Positions 29,676 to 39,871 of a stretch of DNA of 64,000 nt are shown piece by piece. Numbering within the stretch: position 1 is the first letter of the stretch; each line of letters starts with the position of its first letter. This stretch comes from Bdellovibrio sp. Its GTDB lineage: Bacteria > Bdellovibrionota > Bdellovibrionia > Bdellovibrionales > Bdellovibrionaceae. Location: NCBI GenBank assembly GCA_036676395.1, contig JAKFCY010000002.1:576001-640000 (forward strand), given 5' to 3'. The notes under the pieces were generated by a model that made no database searches, had not been told where the DNA came from, and saw only the letters and a list, made by a program, of their open reading frames with translations. Made by a program: the position numbers and the translations under genes.

Positions 29676-30223
29676 CGAGTTCCTCCTTCAGATGAGCGTG
29701 GAGTTTCGTTTGGCTGGCTGCTGCGTGAAGCAGGGTTGCTGCCCAGGTTTTTAGGACAAGTTTTACCACGTGGTACTAAGAAAACATGGTGTCCGACTTT
29801 ACCGCAAGAAGTAACACGTCTTGCCCAAGCCGGTGAAGCGACACGTGGGTTATAAAAGTAAATAAGACCATTGGCGCCTTCGTCGATCGCCGTATCTGCG
29901 GCATCTCTGCAGGCTTGAAGGCTTCGTCTGTCGATAGAGTTTCTAGTAGAAATACGATTGCTGTAGCGATCGCGTGTCCAACTGAATTGCCAAGGTTGGT
30001 AGACGACTTTACACACAGTATTAGGATAGGATCTTGATTGGGCGCGGGAAAGAACTGTTTTAGCTACAGCGATTTTGCCTTCTTGAGGTTCGCCGCGTGA
30101 TTCGTGATAACAGTTGCAGACTAAACAATCGTAAGAAGACTGACGGGCATTACACGACATCGTTTCAGCGTGTGCGCTTAGGCCGAACAAACTGAAAAGT
30201 AGGACAAATAATGTCTTTTGCAT
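29672..30223 (-). CDS. SleB/Hydrolase_2 family cell wall hydrolase, copy 1
   Basis: YHESRGEP.EGKIAVA, YPNTVCKVVYQPWQFSW, GHHVF; ATG at 30223 gives a clean signal peptide. Confidence 0.88.
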   Translation of the reverse strand: MQKTLFVLLFSLFGLSAHAETMSCNARQSSYDCLVCNCYHESRGEPQEGKIAVAKTVLSRAQSRSYPNTVCKVVYQPWQFSWTRDRYSNRISTRNSIDRRSLQACRDAADTAIDEGANGLIYFYNPRVASPAWARRVTSCGKVGHHVFLVPRGKTCPKNLGSNPASRSSQPNETPRSSEGGTR

Positions 30224-30227
30224 CTTA

Positions 30228-30974
30228 CTAGCCGTTTTTCTTTTGGTACATCTTGATACCAACATAAGCTAAAATGACCAATAAAAGTAATCCGCCGCCT
30301 AAGACCATTTCATTTTGTAATAAGCCTTTTTTGTCTTCGCCACCAGTGCCGTCATCATCAGCGGCTAATAGATCGCCTGGCATGGCTTGGCCGATACCAG
30401 CACCTAAAACTTCATTAGAACCACGAAGTGGTCCAAGACCCGGTTGCGATAATAAATCTTTAGTCGCGATAACGCGTAATGAACGCACTGTATCCATAAA
30501 GTGAGCTCTGTGTTTTGCGTAATACTTATTGTGAACTGAAAATGTGATTAAGATCGCAATTTGATCCTTAATAGTCGCTAAATAACGAGTGAAATAATTT
30601 TGCACTTCAGAATTTGCATGCAGACCGTCTAACCATTTTTGATCATTAATCATTTCTTCACGGGGCGGCATAGTCACTGTCGACTGTGCGGTTCCACCAG
30701 TGCGTAGGTTTAACATCATTGGTTTAGTCATGTGATCCATATAAATCGGAAAGTTATCTGTTGGGCCTTTTTCTTTAGCCGTTAAGATAATAACAGCTTC
30801 TTTAGATTCTTGCGGATCTTCGGCGCGGCACACCCATTCGGTTTGCTCTAATTTACATTTCCATGTGTCTAACATTTCAAAAGAGATATAAGCATTTTTA
30901 AAAGTTCTGGCTTCAGACATTGAACCGATCAGAAAAAAAACTAACGGTAGGAGTCTAAAAGTATATGATCTCAT
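30228..30974 (-). CDS. Exported hypothetical protein with C-terminal membrane anchor
   Basis: Signal peptide after ATG at 30974 (GAGG RBS); C-terminal TM plus basic tail. Confidence 0.75.
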   Translation of the reverse strand: MRSYTFRLLPLVFFLIGSMSEARTFKNAYISFEMLDTWKCKLEQTEWVCRAEDPQESKEAVIILTAKEKGPTDNFPIYMDHMTKPMMLNLRTGGTAQSTVTMPPREEMINDQKWLDGLHANSEVQNYFTRYLATIKDQIAILITFSVHNKYYAKHRAHFMDTVRSLRVIATKDLLSQPGLGPLRGSNEVLGAGIGQAMPGDLLAADDDGTGGEDKKGLLQNEMVLGGGLLLLVILAYVGIKMYQKKNG

Positions 30975-31077
30975 GTTGCCTCGCTTGTTGGATTCCATCT
31001 ACAATAGTTGATGAGTTAATATTGTAACTAACTTTTGGTTAGCTATCAAATCGGTTCGGCATCGAACGGGGTAATTT

Positions 31078-31974
31078 ATGTTAAATCTTTCGCAACTCCA
31101 GACCTTTGTCATGGTCGTATCTGAAGGCAGCATGACAGCTGCAGCAGACAAACTGTTTTTGACCCAGCCTGCGGTAAGTCAGCAGATGAAAAATCTAGAA
31201 GACGAACTAGGGGTTGAACTTGTTGTGCGCGGGTCAAAATCGATCAAAACTACGGCGCAAGGCGAAGTGCTTTATGAGCATGCTAAAAAAATCTTAAACT
31301 TGGTGCAAGCGGCCGAAATTTCGATCAAATCTGTCGGAGCGCAATTGCGTGGTCAATTACGCATCGGAACTCTGAATACGATCGGTCTACATTTAATGAG
31401 TCCGGTGGTTAGCCGACTTTTAAAATTTAATCCTGATTTTAAAATCAAAGTGGATTACGCCAAAGGCGAAGATTTAATCGCTGCCTATGAAAAAGGTGAT
31501 CTAGATGTGGTTGTTTTGCCAGAGATGGAAAAAAACTACGGTAAAACTTTTAAAGACACGGCTTCACATGTTTTATTAAAAGAAGAGATGTGGTTAGTAG
31601 GTTCTGGTAAAGATGAATTTTACCCACCCACAGTAAGTATGAAAGATATTGCCAAAATTCCGTACGTGCATTTTGCCAATGAATTTCCGCACTTTGATAA
31701 GATGTTAGCCGAAAAAATAGGAACAGTGCCTGCAGTATTTGAATCATCAAATGTGGGTACACTTAAGCGCGTAATTGAAAATGGATTAGGAATTGGTTTT
31801 TTACCGGCCCATTCAGTCAAAAAACAAATCCGCGGTGGCCGTTTAAATAAAATTCAAACTTTAGATTTTGAATATAAAACTGAATTTATCTATTACCGCC
31901 GTGAAAAAGGCCCTTCGGCTAAAACGGCTGAGATTCTATTTCAAGCCATGACGGGTGATCAGGGACGCAGTTAA
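31078..31974 (+). CDS. LysR family transcriptional regulator
   Basis: SMTAAADKLFLTQPAVSQQMKNLEDELG HTH; substrate-binding domain. Confidence 0.95.
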   Translation: MLNLSQLQTFVMVVSEGSMTAAADKLFLTQPAVSQQMKNLEDELGVELVVRGSKSIKTTAQGEVLYEHAKKILNLVQAAEISIKSVGAQLRGQLRIGTLNTIGLHLMSPVVSRLLKFNPDFKIKVDYAKGEDLIAAYEKGDLDVVVLPEMEKNYGKTFKDTASHVLLKEEMWLVGSGKDEFYPPTVSMKDIAKIPYVHFANEFPHFDKMLAEKIGTVPAVFESSNVGTLKRVIENGLGIGFLPAHSVKKQIRGGRLNKIQTLDFEYKTEFIYYRREKGPSAKTAEILFQAMTGDQGRS

Positions 31975-32396
31975 TGGAATTTCAAAAGAATTTACTGATT
32001 TATCCAATGGCTTTTTACGCGTTTTATATGTTCGGTATCGCGGTTCATTTATTCAGAACGCGCGTAAGAGCATTGAAAAATCGCGAAGTTTCGATGAAGT
32101 ATTATAAGGCCTACACTGATACGCCACCGCCTGAATATTCTCGAGTGGCTGAACGTCACTATGAAAATCAGTTTGAAGTGCCAACATTGTTTTTTCCAGT
32201 TGGAGTTATGCATTTTGCACTGGGAATGGCAAACCCACTAACTTTGGGATTAATGTGGCTGTTCGTAGTAGCTCGGTTGTTACATAGCTTTATTCACTTA
32301 GGCAGCAATAACGTTAAATTAAGAATGCCATTCTTTACTTTAAGTTGGTTTGCGATCTTAGCCTTATGGGCGCAAATGATTTATTTCGTGGTTTAA
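31974..32396 (+). CDS. MAPEG family membrane protein
   Basis: NQFEVPTLF, FVVARLLHSFIH; four hydrophobic segments. Confidence 0.8.
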   Translation: MEFQKNLLIYPMAFYAFYMFGIAVHLFRTRVRALKNREVSMKYYKAYTDTPPPEYSRVAERHYENQFEVPTLFFPVGVMHFALGMANPLTLGLMWLFVVARLLHSFIHLGSNNVKLRMPFFTLSWFAILALWAQMIYFVV

Positions 32397-32400
32397 TTTA

Positions 32401-33183
32401 ATGAAACGGTTTTTGGTTATAGTCGGAATAGTACTTATATCGATAATTGCTTTATCTTTTGTCGGTCTTACTTTCATTTCATATCAATTACTTGATGAAG
32501 TCGCACCTCATAAAACTAATTCAAAAACTAAAAATAACACTGTTGCTATAATGAACAAAGAAGTTATTGGTGTCTCACAGTCTGAAGTAGTTTCTTCGTC
32601 GATTGTAGTAGTGCACAGCCAAGCTAAATCTTCGAAGGAAGATGATGAATCGGATGACGATTTTCCAAGTGTAGAGCAGTTTCTCTCAATCAACCGTCTT
32701 AAGGATGAGCTGCAAAATGTTGAAATGCCCGAATTGTGTAGCGTAATTTGTGAACCCACTAGGTTTGAATTTACGAAAGAAAAAAAACAGCCTATCTATG
32801 ATGTTATTGATTACTACAACAAAGAAGGCGCTAGAGCGTTGAGTGATCCGAAGTTTAGAATTACTTATCATAGATCTATAATTATGGGACAAATTTTTTC
32901 GCCAACTATTATGGACTTGATTAAAGAAGCTGATGACCTTTCTAATGATGAAAACAGTAAAAATGAGGCTAAAAAACTCTGGCTTGCTTCGCGTATTGTG
33001 CCGACAATAATGTACGAATTGAATACGATGCAGCGAAAATTGAAAGATTCAAAACCGTTGATTGAATATTTCGATAAGGTTGAAAAGCTTGCAAAAAAAT
33101 GTGCTGCAAATGGTCCAGAATTAACTATTAAAGACTGTCAGCAGTTAGCTGCAAAAGTTAATATAGAAAAACCTCAAAATTAA
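32401..33183 (+). CDS. Hypothetical membrane-anchored protein
   Basis: 260-aa ORF, N-terminal TM, two Cys pairs. Confidence 0.7.
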   Translation: MKRFLVIVGIVLISIIALSFVGLTFISYQLLDEVAPHKTNSKTKNNTVAIMNKEVIGVSQSEVVSSSIVVVHSQAKSSKEDDESDDDFPSVEQFLSINRLKDELQNVEMPELCSVICEPTRFEFTKEKKQPIYDVIDYYNKEGARALSDPKFRITYHRSIIMGQIFSPTIMDLIKEADDLSNDENSKNEAKKLWLASRIVPTIMYELNTMQRKLKDSKPLIEYFDKVEKLAKKCAANGPELTIKDCQQLAAKVNIEKPQN

Positions 33184-33267
33184 AATTTCACGAAGTGTTT
33201 CAAGCCGCAAGTTTACCGTTGGTACGGCGTGCCGACAGTCAACTTCCGGCTTAAGAGTGGTTCAAAG

Positions 33268-33609
33268 TTATCGATTAAGTAGTTGTTTTAAATCATCCGG
33301 GATTTCTAGCGGTTGAAAAATGCCGACATTCGATAAGCCGGTATTGCCTTTCGGCGCTTTCTTAAACCATGAGCCGGGAGCTGCTAATATCAGGCGGGGA
33401 ATCTGACCTAAAATTTCAGATAAATTCCATGTCTTAAAGCCTAAACGAAACATCAATATATGAGTTAGTAAATGTGGGCCTGCGAAGTATTGCCCTAAGA
33501 TATGAGCGCGGGCTAAATGTTTCCACGCCGTTTTAAAATCAGAAGATTTTTCTGCTAAGCGCGCTAAAGATAATTCTAAATTAAAATGTTCACGAATTAA
33601 TGGAGACAT
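33268..33609 (-). CDS. DUF3703 family protein
   Basis: AWKHLARAHILGQ, H..M, GQIPRL, P.GNTG.SNV..F.PL.IPDDL. Confidence 0.8.
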   Translation of the reverse strand: MSPLIREHFNLELSLARLAEKSSDFKTAWKHLARAHILGQYFAGPHLLTHILMFRLGFKTWNLSEILGQIPRLILAAPGSWFKKAPKGNTGLSNVGIFQPLEIPDDLKQLLNR

Positions 33610-33612
33610 GAA

Positions 33613-34455
33613 TTAAAATAACACCGAATCAGGCAATCCCATGCGGGCTGCGATTAAGCGTACAATTTCACTGGCTGTTTCTTCTAACGCACGTTCGGTG
33701 ACGTTGAAGACTGGCCAGCGTTTATTTTGTTTAAATAAATTTTCGGCGTATTCGATTTCTTTTAAAATCTGTTGTGAAGAGGCGTAGTCGCCGCCAGTGT
33801 CTTGGCCAAATTTTTCTAATCTATTTTTACGAATACGTTGTAGTGAATCAATATCGATAATTAAGCCAACGACTTTACGTTGATCAATTTCAAAAAGCTG
33901 TTTAGGAACCGGCGAGCCTGGCACCAGCGGAATGTTAGCTACTTTCCAACCTTTGTGGCTTAGAAAAATAGATAACGGTGTTTTACTGGTTCGACTAATG
34001 CCCACAAGTACGATGTCGGCTTTATCTAATTCGGTTGAAATTTTACCGTCGTCATTACGAACTGTGTATTCGATCGCTTCGATGCGTTTGTAATAATGAT
34101 CGTTGGTTTGACGTAATAATCCTGTTTGGCTGGCTGAAGCTACCCCGAAAAAATCATCTAGAGTGACGATCAGCGGACCCAGTAAATCAACTGCGGGAAT
34201 TGATTTTTCAATACAAGTTTCTGCAATCTTTTTTCTAATTAACGGCGAAGCAAAAGTGTAGGCAATCATGCCGCGCTTTTCGAAACAATCATCGATCACG
34301 CGTAAGATTTGCTCTTCAGTGCGCAGATTTTTACAGCGGATAATATTAATTTCTTGTTCGGCGTACTGAACTAAGGCTGCACGCACCATTGTTGCGGCTG
34401 TTTCGCCGGTACCATCAGATAAAATAAAAATCGTGTGGATGTTAGTTGTAGTCAT
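33613..34455 (-). CDS. ppsR: PEP synthetase/PPDK regulatory kinase-pyrophosphorylase (DUF299)
   Basis: SDGTGETA, RIEAIEY...DDG, GISRTSKTPLS. Confidence 0.9.
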   Translation of the reverse strand: MTTTNIHTIFILSDGTGETAATMVRAALVQYAEQEINIIRCKNLRTEEQILRVIDDCFEKRGMIAYTFASPLIRKKIAETCIEKSIPAVDLLGPLIVTLDDFFGVASASQTGLLRQTNDHYYKRIEAIEYTVRNDDGKISTELDKADIVLVGISRTSKTPLSIFLSHKGWKVANIPLVPGSPVPKQLFEIDQRKVVGLIIDIDSLQRIRKNRLEKFGQDTGGDYASSQQILKEIEYAENLFKQNKRWPVFNVTERALEETASEIVRLIAARMGLPDSVLF

Positions 34456-34942
34456 GCACTATTAAGGCTTGTCTCAAACTTTCGCAACGCAGTTGTAACC
34501 ACGGTTCTGCTTGTTTTGTCATAAGCACAATATAGCGATTTTCTTCGACTCTGATCAATAAACAAACCATGATCAAAGCATCGGGAAGATGGTTAAATCC
34601 GATTTTACGTAAAAATAACGAGGCGCGTGTTTTTAAAATATTAAACAAAGGCGCCTTCGGAAGTTTAAAATGAATTTTAGGTAATTTTTTATCAATGTTT
34701 TGGCCATAGAAAAACATTTTCTGAATGTCGTTACCTTCAATCAATAAACCCATTTCAAAAAATGCAGTTAAACGTGAAAAGAAAATTTCCCATTGTTTTT
34801 CTCCGGCGCAGAATTGAATTTGTTCCAACAATTGTTGGTTCGGTTCAATTTGAAAATCCGGTGTGTGGGGAAAGTTAATCGCATCAAAATGCTCTTCGTG
34901 ATCTAGAAATTTTTCGATTTTTGAAATGAAACTATTGGCCAT
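34442..34942 (-). CDS. Hypothetical protein
   Basis: 166-aa ORF in the nrdR-nusB operon, overlapping the next start. Confidence 0.65.
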   Translation of the reverse strand: MANSFISKIEKFLDHEEHFDAINFPHTPDFQIEPNQQLLEQIQFCAGEKQWEIFFSRLTAFFEMGLLIEGNDIQKMFFYGQNIDKKLPKIHFKLPKAPLFNILKTRASLFLRKIGFNHLPDALIMVCLLIRVEENRYIVLMTKQAEPWLQLRCESLRQALIVHDYN

Positions 34943-34965
34943 TCATTCATCTTGAATGAATAAGT

Positions 34966-35382
34966 TTAATTTGTTGAGCTACTAACTAGGTCGCAATGCT
35001 CTAATCTGGCTTTAAGGCTAGCCGAGGGTTCGAATGGCGCAAAACAACGTAAGTTTTTGATCTGCAGTTGTTCTACGATTTGTTCTAAATCTTGGCTTTT
35101 GAATTCTTTGGGATCGTGAATTAAAAATAACCAGTCAGCATCGAAATGATTTTTACAGCCAATCAATGTCCATGGTTTTTTTGCTTTTTCAGCAGGAGTG
35201 GGCCAACCGATTTCAGTCATTAAATGGGTAAGCTCGGTTGGTTTTATAGTTTTTCGGTGGCGGTGAATTTCTGATAATAAAAATCCAGAATTAAAATTTA
35301 ATTTCCGCCACCACGCAGATGCAAGGTCCTCGTGAAGGACCCAAAGTTTACAAGCTGTCGCTGAAAGATTAGCTTCTTTCAT
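34966..35382 (-). CDS. Hypothetical protein
   Basis: 138-aa ORF overlapping the nusB stop. Confidence 0.6.
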   Translation of the reverse strand: MKEANLSATACKLWVLHEDLASAWWRKLNFNSGFLLSEIHRHRKTIKPTELTHLMTEIGWPTPAEKAKKPWTLIGCKNHFDADWLFLIHDPKEFKSQDLEQIVEQLQIKNLRCFAPFEPSASLKARLEHCDLVSSSTN

Positions 35383-35770
35383 TTCTGATCACCTGATCAA
35401 CGATACCATTCACAAACGAAGCCGCATCTTGGGTTCCGTAAGTTTTTGCGATTTCGATAGCTTCATTCATCGCAATTTTTGGTTCAATTAAATCAGCAGT
35501 GTAAAAGATTTCGCAAACAGCAATACGAATAATATTACGGTCAACAGAAGCCATGCGATCAACTTTCCAGTGGCGTGAAGCTTCTTGGATTTTTGCGTCG
35601 ATTTTTTCTTTGTTGGCTTGAACGGCTTTTACGATGTCGTAAGTGTATTTAAGAACGGCTTCATCAAAATTTTTATCGAAGACCGTAGCTAAATCAGAAA
35701 GAGACATCTGTGGGGCGAATTCAGTTTGGAATAGGATCTGGAGTGCGAGTTCCCTTGATTGTCTTCTCAT
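35369..35770 (-). CDS. nusB: Transcription antitermination factor NusB
   Basis: RRQSRELALQILF, DRNIIR, NEAIEIAK.YG, FVNGIVD. Confidence 0.95.
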   Translation of the reverse strand: MRRQSRELALQILFQTEFAPQMSLSDLATVFDKNFDEAVLKYTYDIVKAVQANKEKIDAKIQEASRHWKVDRMASVDRNIIRIAVCEIFYTADLIEPKIAMNEAIEIAKTYGTQDAASFVNGIVDQVIRNERS

Positions 35771-36296
35771 CAGTAGCTTCTTTCGGTTTTTGTGTAGGTT
35801 GTAATTGAGTTGTTAAACTTAATTGCGGACCGCTTGTATCAATCATATCTATGAGTTCATCGCCTTCAAGTTTTTCTACGAAATCCTGGACGTCTTTGAA
35901 GGTCTTGTAAACACTGGCGAATCTAACGTAGGCCACGTCATCGAGTTGTTTTAATTCAGCCATCACACGGCGACCAATCACGCGCGCAGAAATTTCACCT
36001 TCACCACGAGTAATTACCCACGAAGCGATTCTTTCAACAATGGCATCAAGTGATGCGGTTGAAACAGGCCGTTTATTGCAGGCGTAAGATAGGCCACGCA
36101 ATAGTTTTTCTTTATTAAAGGGCTCACGACGTCCGTCTTTTTTGATCACAAACGGGTAGCTCAAGATGACGGTTTCCAAAGTGGAATATCTAGATTTACA
36201 CGATAAACATTCACGGCGACGGCGAATGCCATCGTCTTTCTGAACTCGTGTATCTAAAACTTTGTCTTCGGAATGTCCGCAAAAAGGGCATTTCAT
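35721..36296 (-). CDS. nrdR: Transcriptional repressor NrdR
   Basis: MKCPFC, RRRRECLSC, ATP cone, DDVAYVRFASVY. Confidence 0.97.
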   Translation of the reverse strand: MKCPFCGHSEDKVLDTRVQKDDGIRRRRECLSCKSRYSTLETVILSYPFVIKKDGRREPFNKEKLLRGLSYACNKRPVSTASLDAIVERIASWVITRGEGEISARVIGRRVMAELKQLDDVAYVRFASVYKTFKDVQDFVEKLEGDELIDMIDTSGPQLSLTTQLQPTQKPKEATDEKTIKGTRTPDPIPN

Positions 36297-36423
36297 GGTT
36301 ATAAGTCCTCGGCTGTTTGTAACCTAGGGGAGGCTGGTTAGTCGGTCAATAGGGCCGAAGAACTGGACCCAATTTCTGCAAGGCGTTACTGGTAAATAGT
36401 GGTCAAATTGTGAGCGTAAATTT

Positions 36424-37095
36424 ATGCTGGATAATATGAGCAAACTTAACATAATACTTCTTAGTTTTAGCATCCTGATTTCAGCAAGTTTTGTACACGC
36501 CGCAGGCGCTCCCATCGTCGGCAGAAAAGCCGCTGCGAAATATTTTCAAGCTAAAGGCGATAACAGTTACGAGGCCGCTTCGGTGCCGCGTTTTCCATCT
36601 ACAATTGAATCGTTAGGATCTGAAGATCACTATATGGCTTTGGGAATTTCTTCGTACACAAGTTCAAAAGCTTACAAGTGGGGCGTTAACAACGAAGAAG
36701 AAGTCGCTAAAACGGGTATTGATATGACCTATCGTTTGACTCAAGACTATGAACTTTTCGACGAAGTCATTCGTGTAAGTTACAACACTTACAAACCAGC
36801 CGGGCAAAAAGCTTCTAAAATGAGTTTTCTGTACGGGATGACCTTTCCGGATGCGACCTCTAAATTCCCACTATACTTCGGTTTTGCCGTCGGCCCGGGA
36901 ATTTTTTTCAATCAAATCGATGGTGAATCGACGGTGGCTCTGGATTATCAGATGTTTTTAGGGCTTCGCCTGTTTAATTTATTCGAGAGAACTGGTTTTT
37001 TTGTCGAAGGTGGTATAAAAAACCATCTGCATTTAACAAGTGATGGCCAGTTAAACGGAACTTACGTTTCGGCCGGAGCTGTATTTACGTTCTAG
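36424..37095 (+). CDS. Putative outer-membrane beta-barrel protein
   Basis: Signal peptide, alternating aromatic strands, C-terminal Phe (GAVFTF). Confidence 0.6.
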   Translation: MLDNMSKLNIILLSFSILISASFVHAAGAPIVGRKAAAKYFQAKGDNSYEAASVPRFPSTIESLGSEDHYMALGISSYTSSKAYKWGVNNEEEVAKTGIDMTYRLTQDYELFDEVIRVSYNTYKPAGQKASKMSFLYGMTFPDATSKFPLYFGFAVGPGIFFNQIDGESTVALDYQMFLGLRLFNLFERTGFFVEGGIKNHLHLTSDGQLNGTYVSAGAVFTF

Positions 37096-37122
37096 TTCGC
37101 GGGGCTCCGCGAGGAGTTCCAC

Positions 37123-38316
37123 ATGAAATTACACTTTATCCTTTTAAAAAAAGTCGCAGAAGCACTACACGATATTTTTGAAAATAAAAAATACGCTGAT
37201 AAAGTGATCGAAAAATTATTCAAAAGTAATCGTAAATTAGGTTCACGCGACCGCAAATTTATTGCTGAAACAATTTATGAAATCGTTCGTTACCACAGAT
37301 TTTACCAAACGGTTGCCCAGTCAAATGAATCATATAATTTATTAGGTGTTCATTTAGTTAAAAATAATTTAGACACGCAAGAATTTCAAGATGAGTATCC
37401 AATTGATGTGGATCTGATCAAAGCTAACTTAAAAAAGAAATACCCCATCGCCGTTACAGAATCTTTTCCTGACTGGATGAACGAGATGGGTGAAAAAGAA
37501 TTCGGTGCTGACGAATGGCAGTTGATCATGAAAGCCTTAAATAAGCAGGCTGATGTATATCTTCGCACTAACACTCTTCGTATTGAGCGCGAACAATTAA
37601 TTAAAGAATTAGAAAAAGAAGAAATCTTCACTGAAAAAGTTCACGGTCTTCCAGACTGTTTACGTTTGATCGAGAGAAAAAATGTTTTTTCAACAGCTGC
37701 ATTTAAAAATGGCTATTTTGAAGTTCAAGATGCAGCTTCGCAGTTTATTGCTCCGCTGTTAGATTTAAAACCAGGATTACGCGTTGTGGATGCTTGTGCC
37801 GGTGCAGGTGGTAAATCACTTCATATGGCCTCTTTGATGAAGAACAAAGGCAAGATTATTGCCATGGACATTCACGAGTGGAAGCTGGGTGAATTAAAAA
37901 AACGTGCCGCACGAAATCGTGTTGATATCATCGAGACAAAAGTCATTGATACAAGCAAAACTATTAAGCGTTTGGAAGGCTCTTTTGACAGAGTTTTGTT
38001 GGACGTTCCTTGTACAGGTTGGGGTGTGATTCGCCGTAATCCAGATACTAAGTGGAAGCTTAGCCCAGAGCAGATCGATAGTTTGATTAGCTTACAGCGC
38101 GAAATCATCACTGATTATGCAAAAATGTGTAAGGCTGGTGGGTTAATGGTTTATGCAACCTGCAGTATTTTAAACAAAGAAAACGAAGAGCAAGTAAAAT
38201 GGTTTTTAGAGTCTCCAGAGGGGCAAAAATGGAACTTCAAAAAAGATATTCGTTTGTGGCCACACAAAGATAACTTTGATGGCTTCTATGCAGCTCTTTT
38301 AGAGAAGAAAACTTAA
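37123..38316 (+). CDS. RsmB/NOP family RNA m5C methyltransferase
   Basis: EVQDAASQ, DACAGAGGK, DVPCTG.G, YATCS. Confidence 0.9.
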   Translation: MKLHFILLKKVAEALHDIFENKKYADKVIEKLFKSNRKLGSRDRKFIAETIYEIVRYHRFYQTVAQSNESYNLLGVHLVKNNLDTQEFQDEYPIDVDLIKANLKKKYPIAVTESFPDWMNEMGEKEFGADEWQLIMKALNKQADVYLRTNTLRIEREQLIKELEKEEIFTEKVHGLPDCLRLIERKNVFSTAAFKNGYFEVQDAASQFIAPLLDLKPGLRVVDACAGAGGKSLHMASLMKNKGKIIAMDIHEWKLGELKKRAARNRVDIIETKVIDTSKTIKRLEGSFDRVLLDVPCTGWGVIRRNPDTKWKLSPEQIDSLISLQREIITDYAKMCKAGGLMVYATCSILNKENEEQVKWFLESPEGQKWNFKKDIRLWPHKDNFDGFYAALLEKKT

Positions 38317-38407
38317 GTTTCTCTACGCGTTACCGTTCGATAAATTCTTTCAAAACTAGTGCGAATGTTCTAACCTTATCCTTTACTCAAAAAAAGGCAG
38401 GGTTAAC

Positions 38408-39859
38408 GTGGTATCAGCCAATAATCTTATCGCAGGAAAATGGACCGAAGGTACGCTACAAGTGCATGCCATCCATTCTCCTTACGATGGAAAACAAATC
38501 GGAAATTTTTCTGTTCCGACAAAAGAACAAATCAATACAGCAATCAATGCGGCAGCCGAAGCACAAAAAGCGTGGGGTCGTTTGCCAATTAAAGAACGTA
38601 GTAAAGTATTATTTAACTTTCGTAATATCTTACTTCGCGACATTGATAAAATTGCAAAATTAAAAGGGGCCGAGTGCGGTAAAACTTTTGAAGAAGCTAA
38701 AGCTGGATTAATGAAAGGCGTAGAAGTTTTAGAATACGCACTTTCAATTCAAAATCTAGACACCGGCGGAAAAGCTGAAGTGTCGCGCGGTGTATCGTGT
38801 GAATTTCGTCGTGAAGCTTTAGGCGTTGTGGCGAATATTACTCCATTTAATTTTCCGGCGATGGTTCCGATGTGGACGATTCCTATCGCGATTGCTTTAG
38901 GAAATTCTTATGTGTGGAAACCTTCTGAGAAAACTCCGTTAACATCTTTTTTTATTGCTGAAGCTTTAAAAGAAGCGGGCTTACCAGATGGCGTGTTCAC
39001 AGTCCTTCAAGGTGGCCACGAAACTGTTAATGCAATTATTGATCATCCAGCAGTTAAAGCGATTGGTTTTGTTGGATCTACAAAAGTAGCTAAGCTTGTT
39101 TACCAACGTGGTACGAACTTAGGAAAACGAGTTCTTTCTTTAGGTGGCGCAAAAAATCATATCGTCTTATTGCCTGATGCAAATATTGAACTAAGTGGCG
39201 TAGGGATTTCTGATTCTTTCACAGGCTGTGCCGGCCAACGTTGTATGGCAGCTTCGGTATTATTAGCTGTAGGTGATACTTCGGGTCACATCGAGCAAAT
39301 CGTAAAACGGGCATCTTCGATGGAACTTGGTAAACAAATGGGTGCCATCATCACGAAAGAACAAGTTCAGTTTTTAACTAAATCAATTGAAGCCGCTTCA
39401 ATCGCTGGAGCTAAGATTATTCTTGATGGCCGTAAAGCTAAAGCTCCCCCTGGTATGGAAGGTGGCAACTGGATCGGGCCAACGATTTTAGATAACGTTC
39501 AAGCCAATTCAGAGGCTTCGAAATTAGAATTATTCGGTCCGATTCTTTCGATCATTCGTTGTAAAGATATTTCGCAAGCCATGAGCATTGCTAATAGCAG
39601 TGAATATGGAAACGCGTGCAGTGTGTTTACTTCAAACGGTGCATTAGCAGAACGTGTAGCTAAAGAAGCACACGCTGGTATGGTCGGTGTAAATGTTGGC
39701 GTTCCTGTTCCGCGTGAGCCGTTCTCGTTCGGTGGAACAATGGAATCAAAATTTGGCCACGGTGATATCACAGGTGAGCAAAGTTTGAACTTCTGGTCGA
39801 ATTATAAAAAAATCACTACTAAATGGGAAATGCAAAGCGACTCTAACTGGATGTCGTAA
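38408..39859 (+). CDS. mmsA: CoA-acylating malonate/methylmalonate-semialdehyde dehydrogenase
   Basis: TPFNFPAMVP, FVGST, GGAKNH, GCAGQRCMA, GVNVGVPVP. Confidence 0.88.
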   Translation: MVSANNLIAGKWTEGTLQVHAIHSPYDGKQIGNFSVPTKEQINTAINAAAEAQKAWGRLPIKERSKVLFNFRNILLRDIDKIAKLKGAECGKTFEEAKAGLMKGVEVLEYALSIQNLDTGGKAEVSRGVSCEFRREALGVVANITPFNFPAMVPMWTIPIAIALGNSYVWKPSEKTPLTSFFIAEALKEAGLPDGVFTVLQGGHETVNAIIDHPAVKAIGFVGSTKVAKLVYQRGTNLGKRVLSLGGAKNHIVLLPDANIELSGVGISDSFTGCAGQRCMAASVLLAVGDTSGHIEQIVKRASSMELGKQMGAIITKEQVQFLTKSIEAASIAGAKIILDGRKAKAPPGMEGGNWIGPTILDNVQANSEASKLELFGPILSIIRCKDISQAMSIANSSEYGNACSVFTSNGALAERVAKEAHAGMVGVNVGVPVPREPFSFGGTMESKFGHGDITGEQSLNFWSNYKKITTKWEMQSDSNWMS

Positions 39860-39871
39860 GGAATTGAAAAT

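Noticed and set aside
27923..30223. Prophage lysis cassette or sporulation locus
   Set aside because: No holin, structural phage, integrase or sporulation genes; all four proteins have Sec signal peptides
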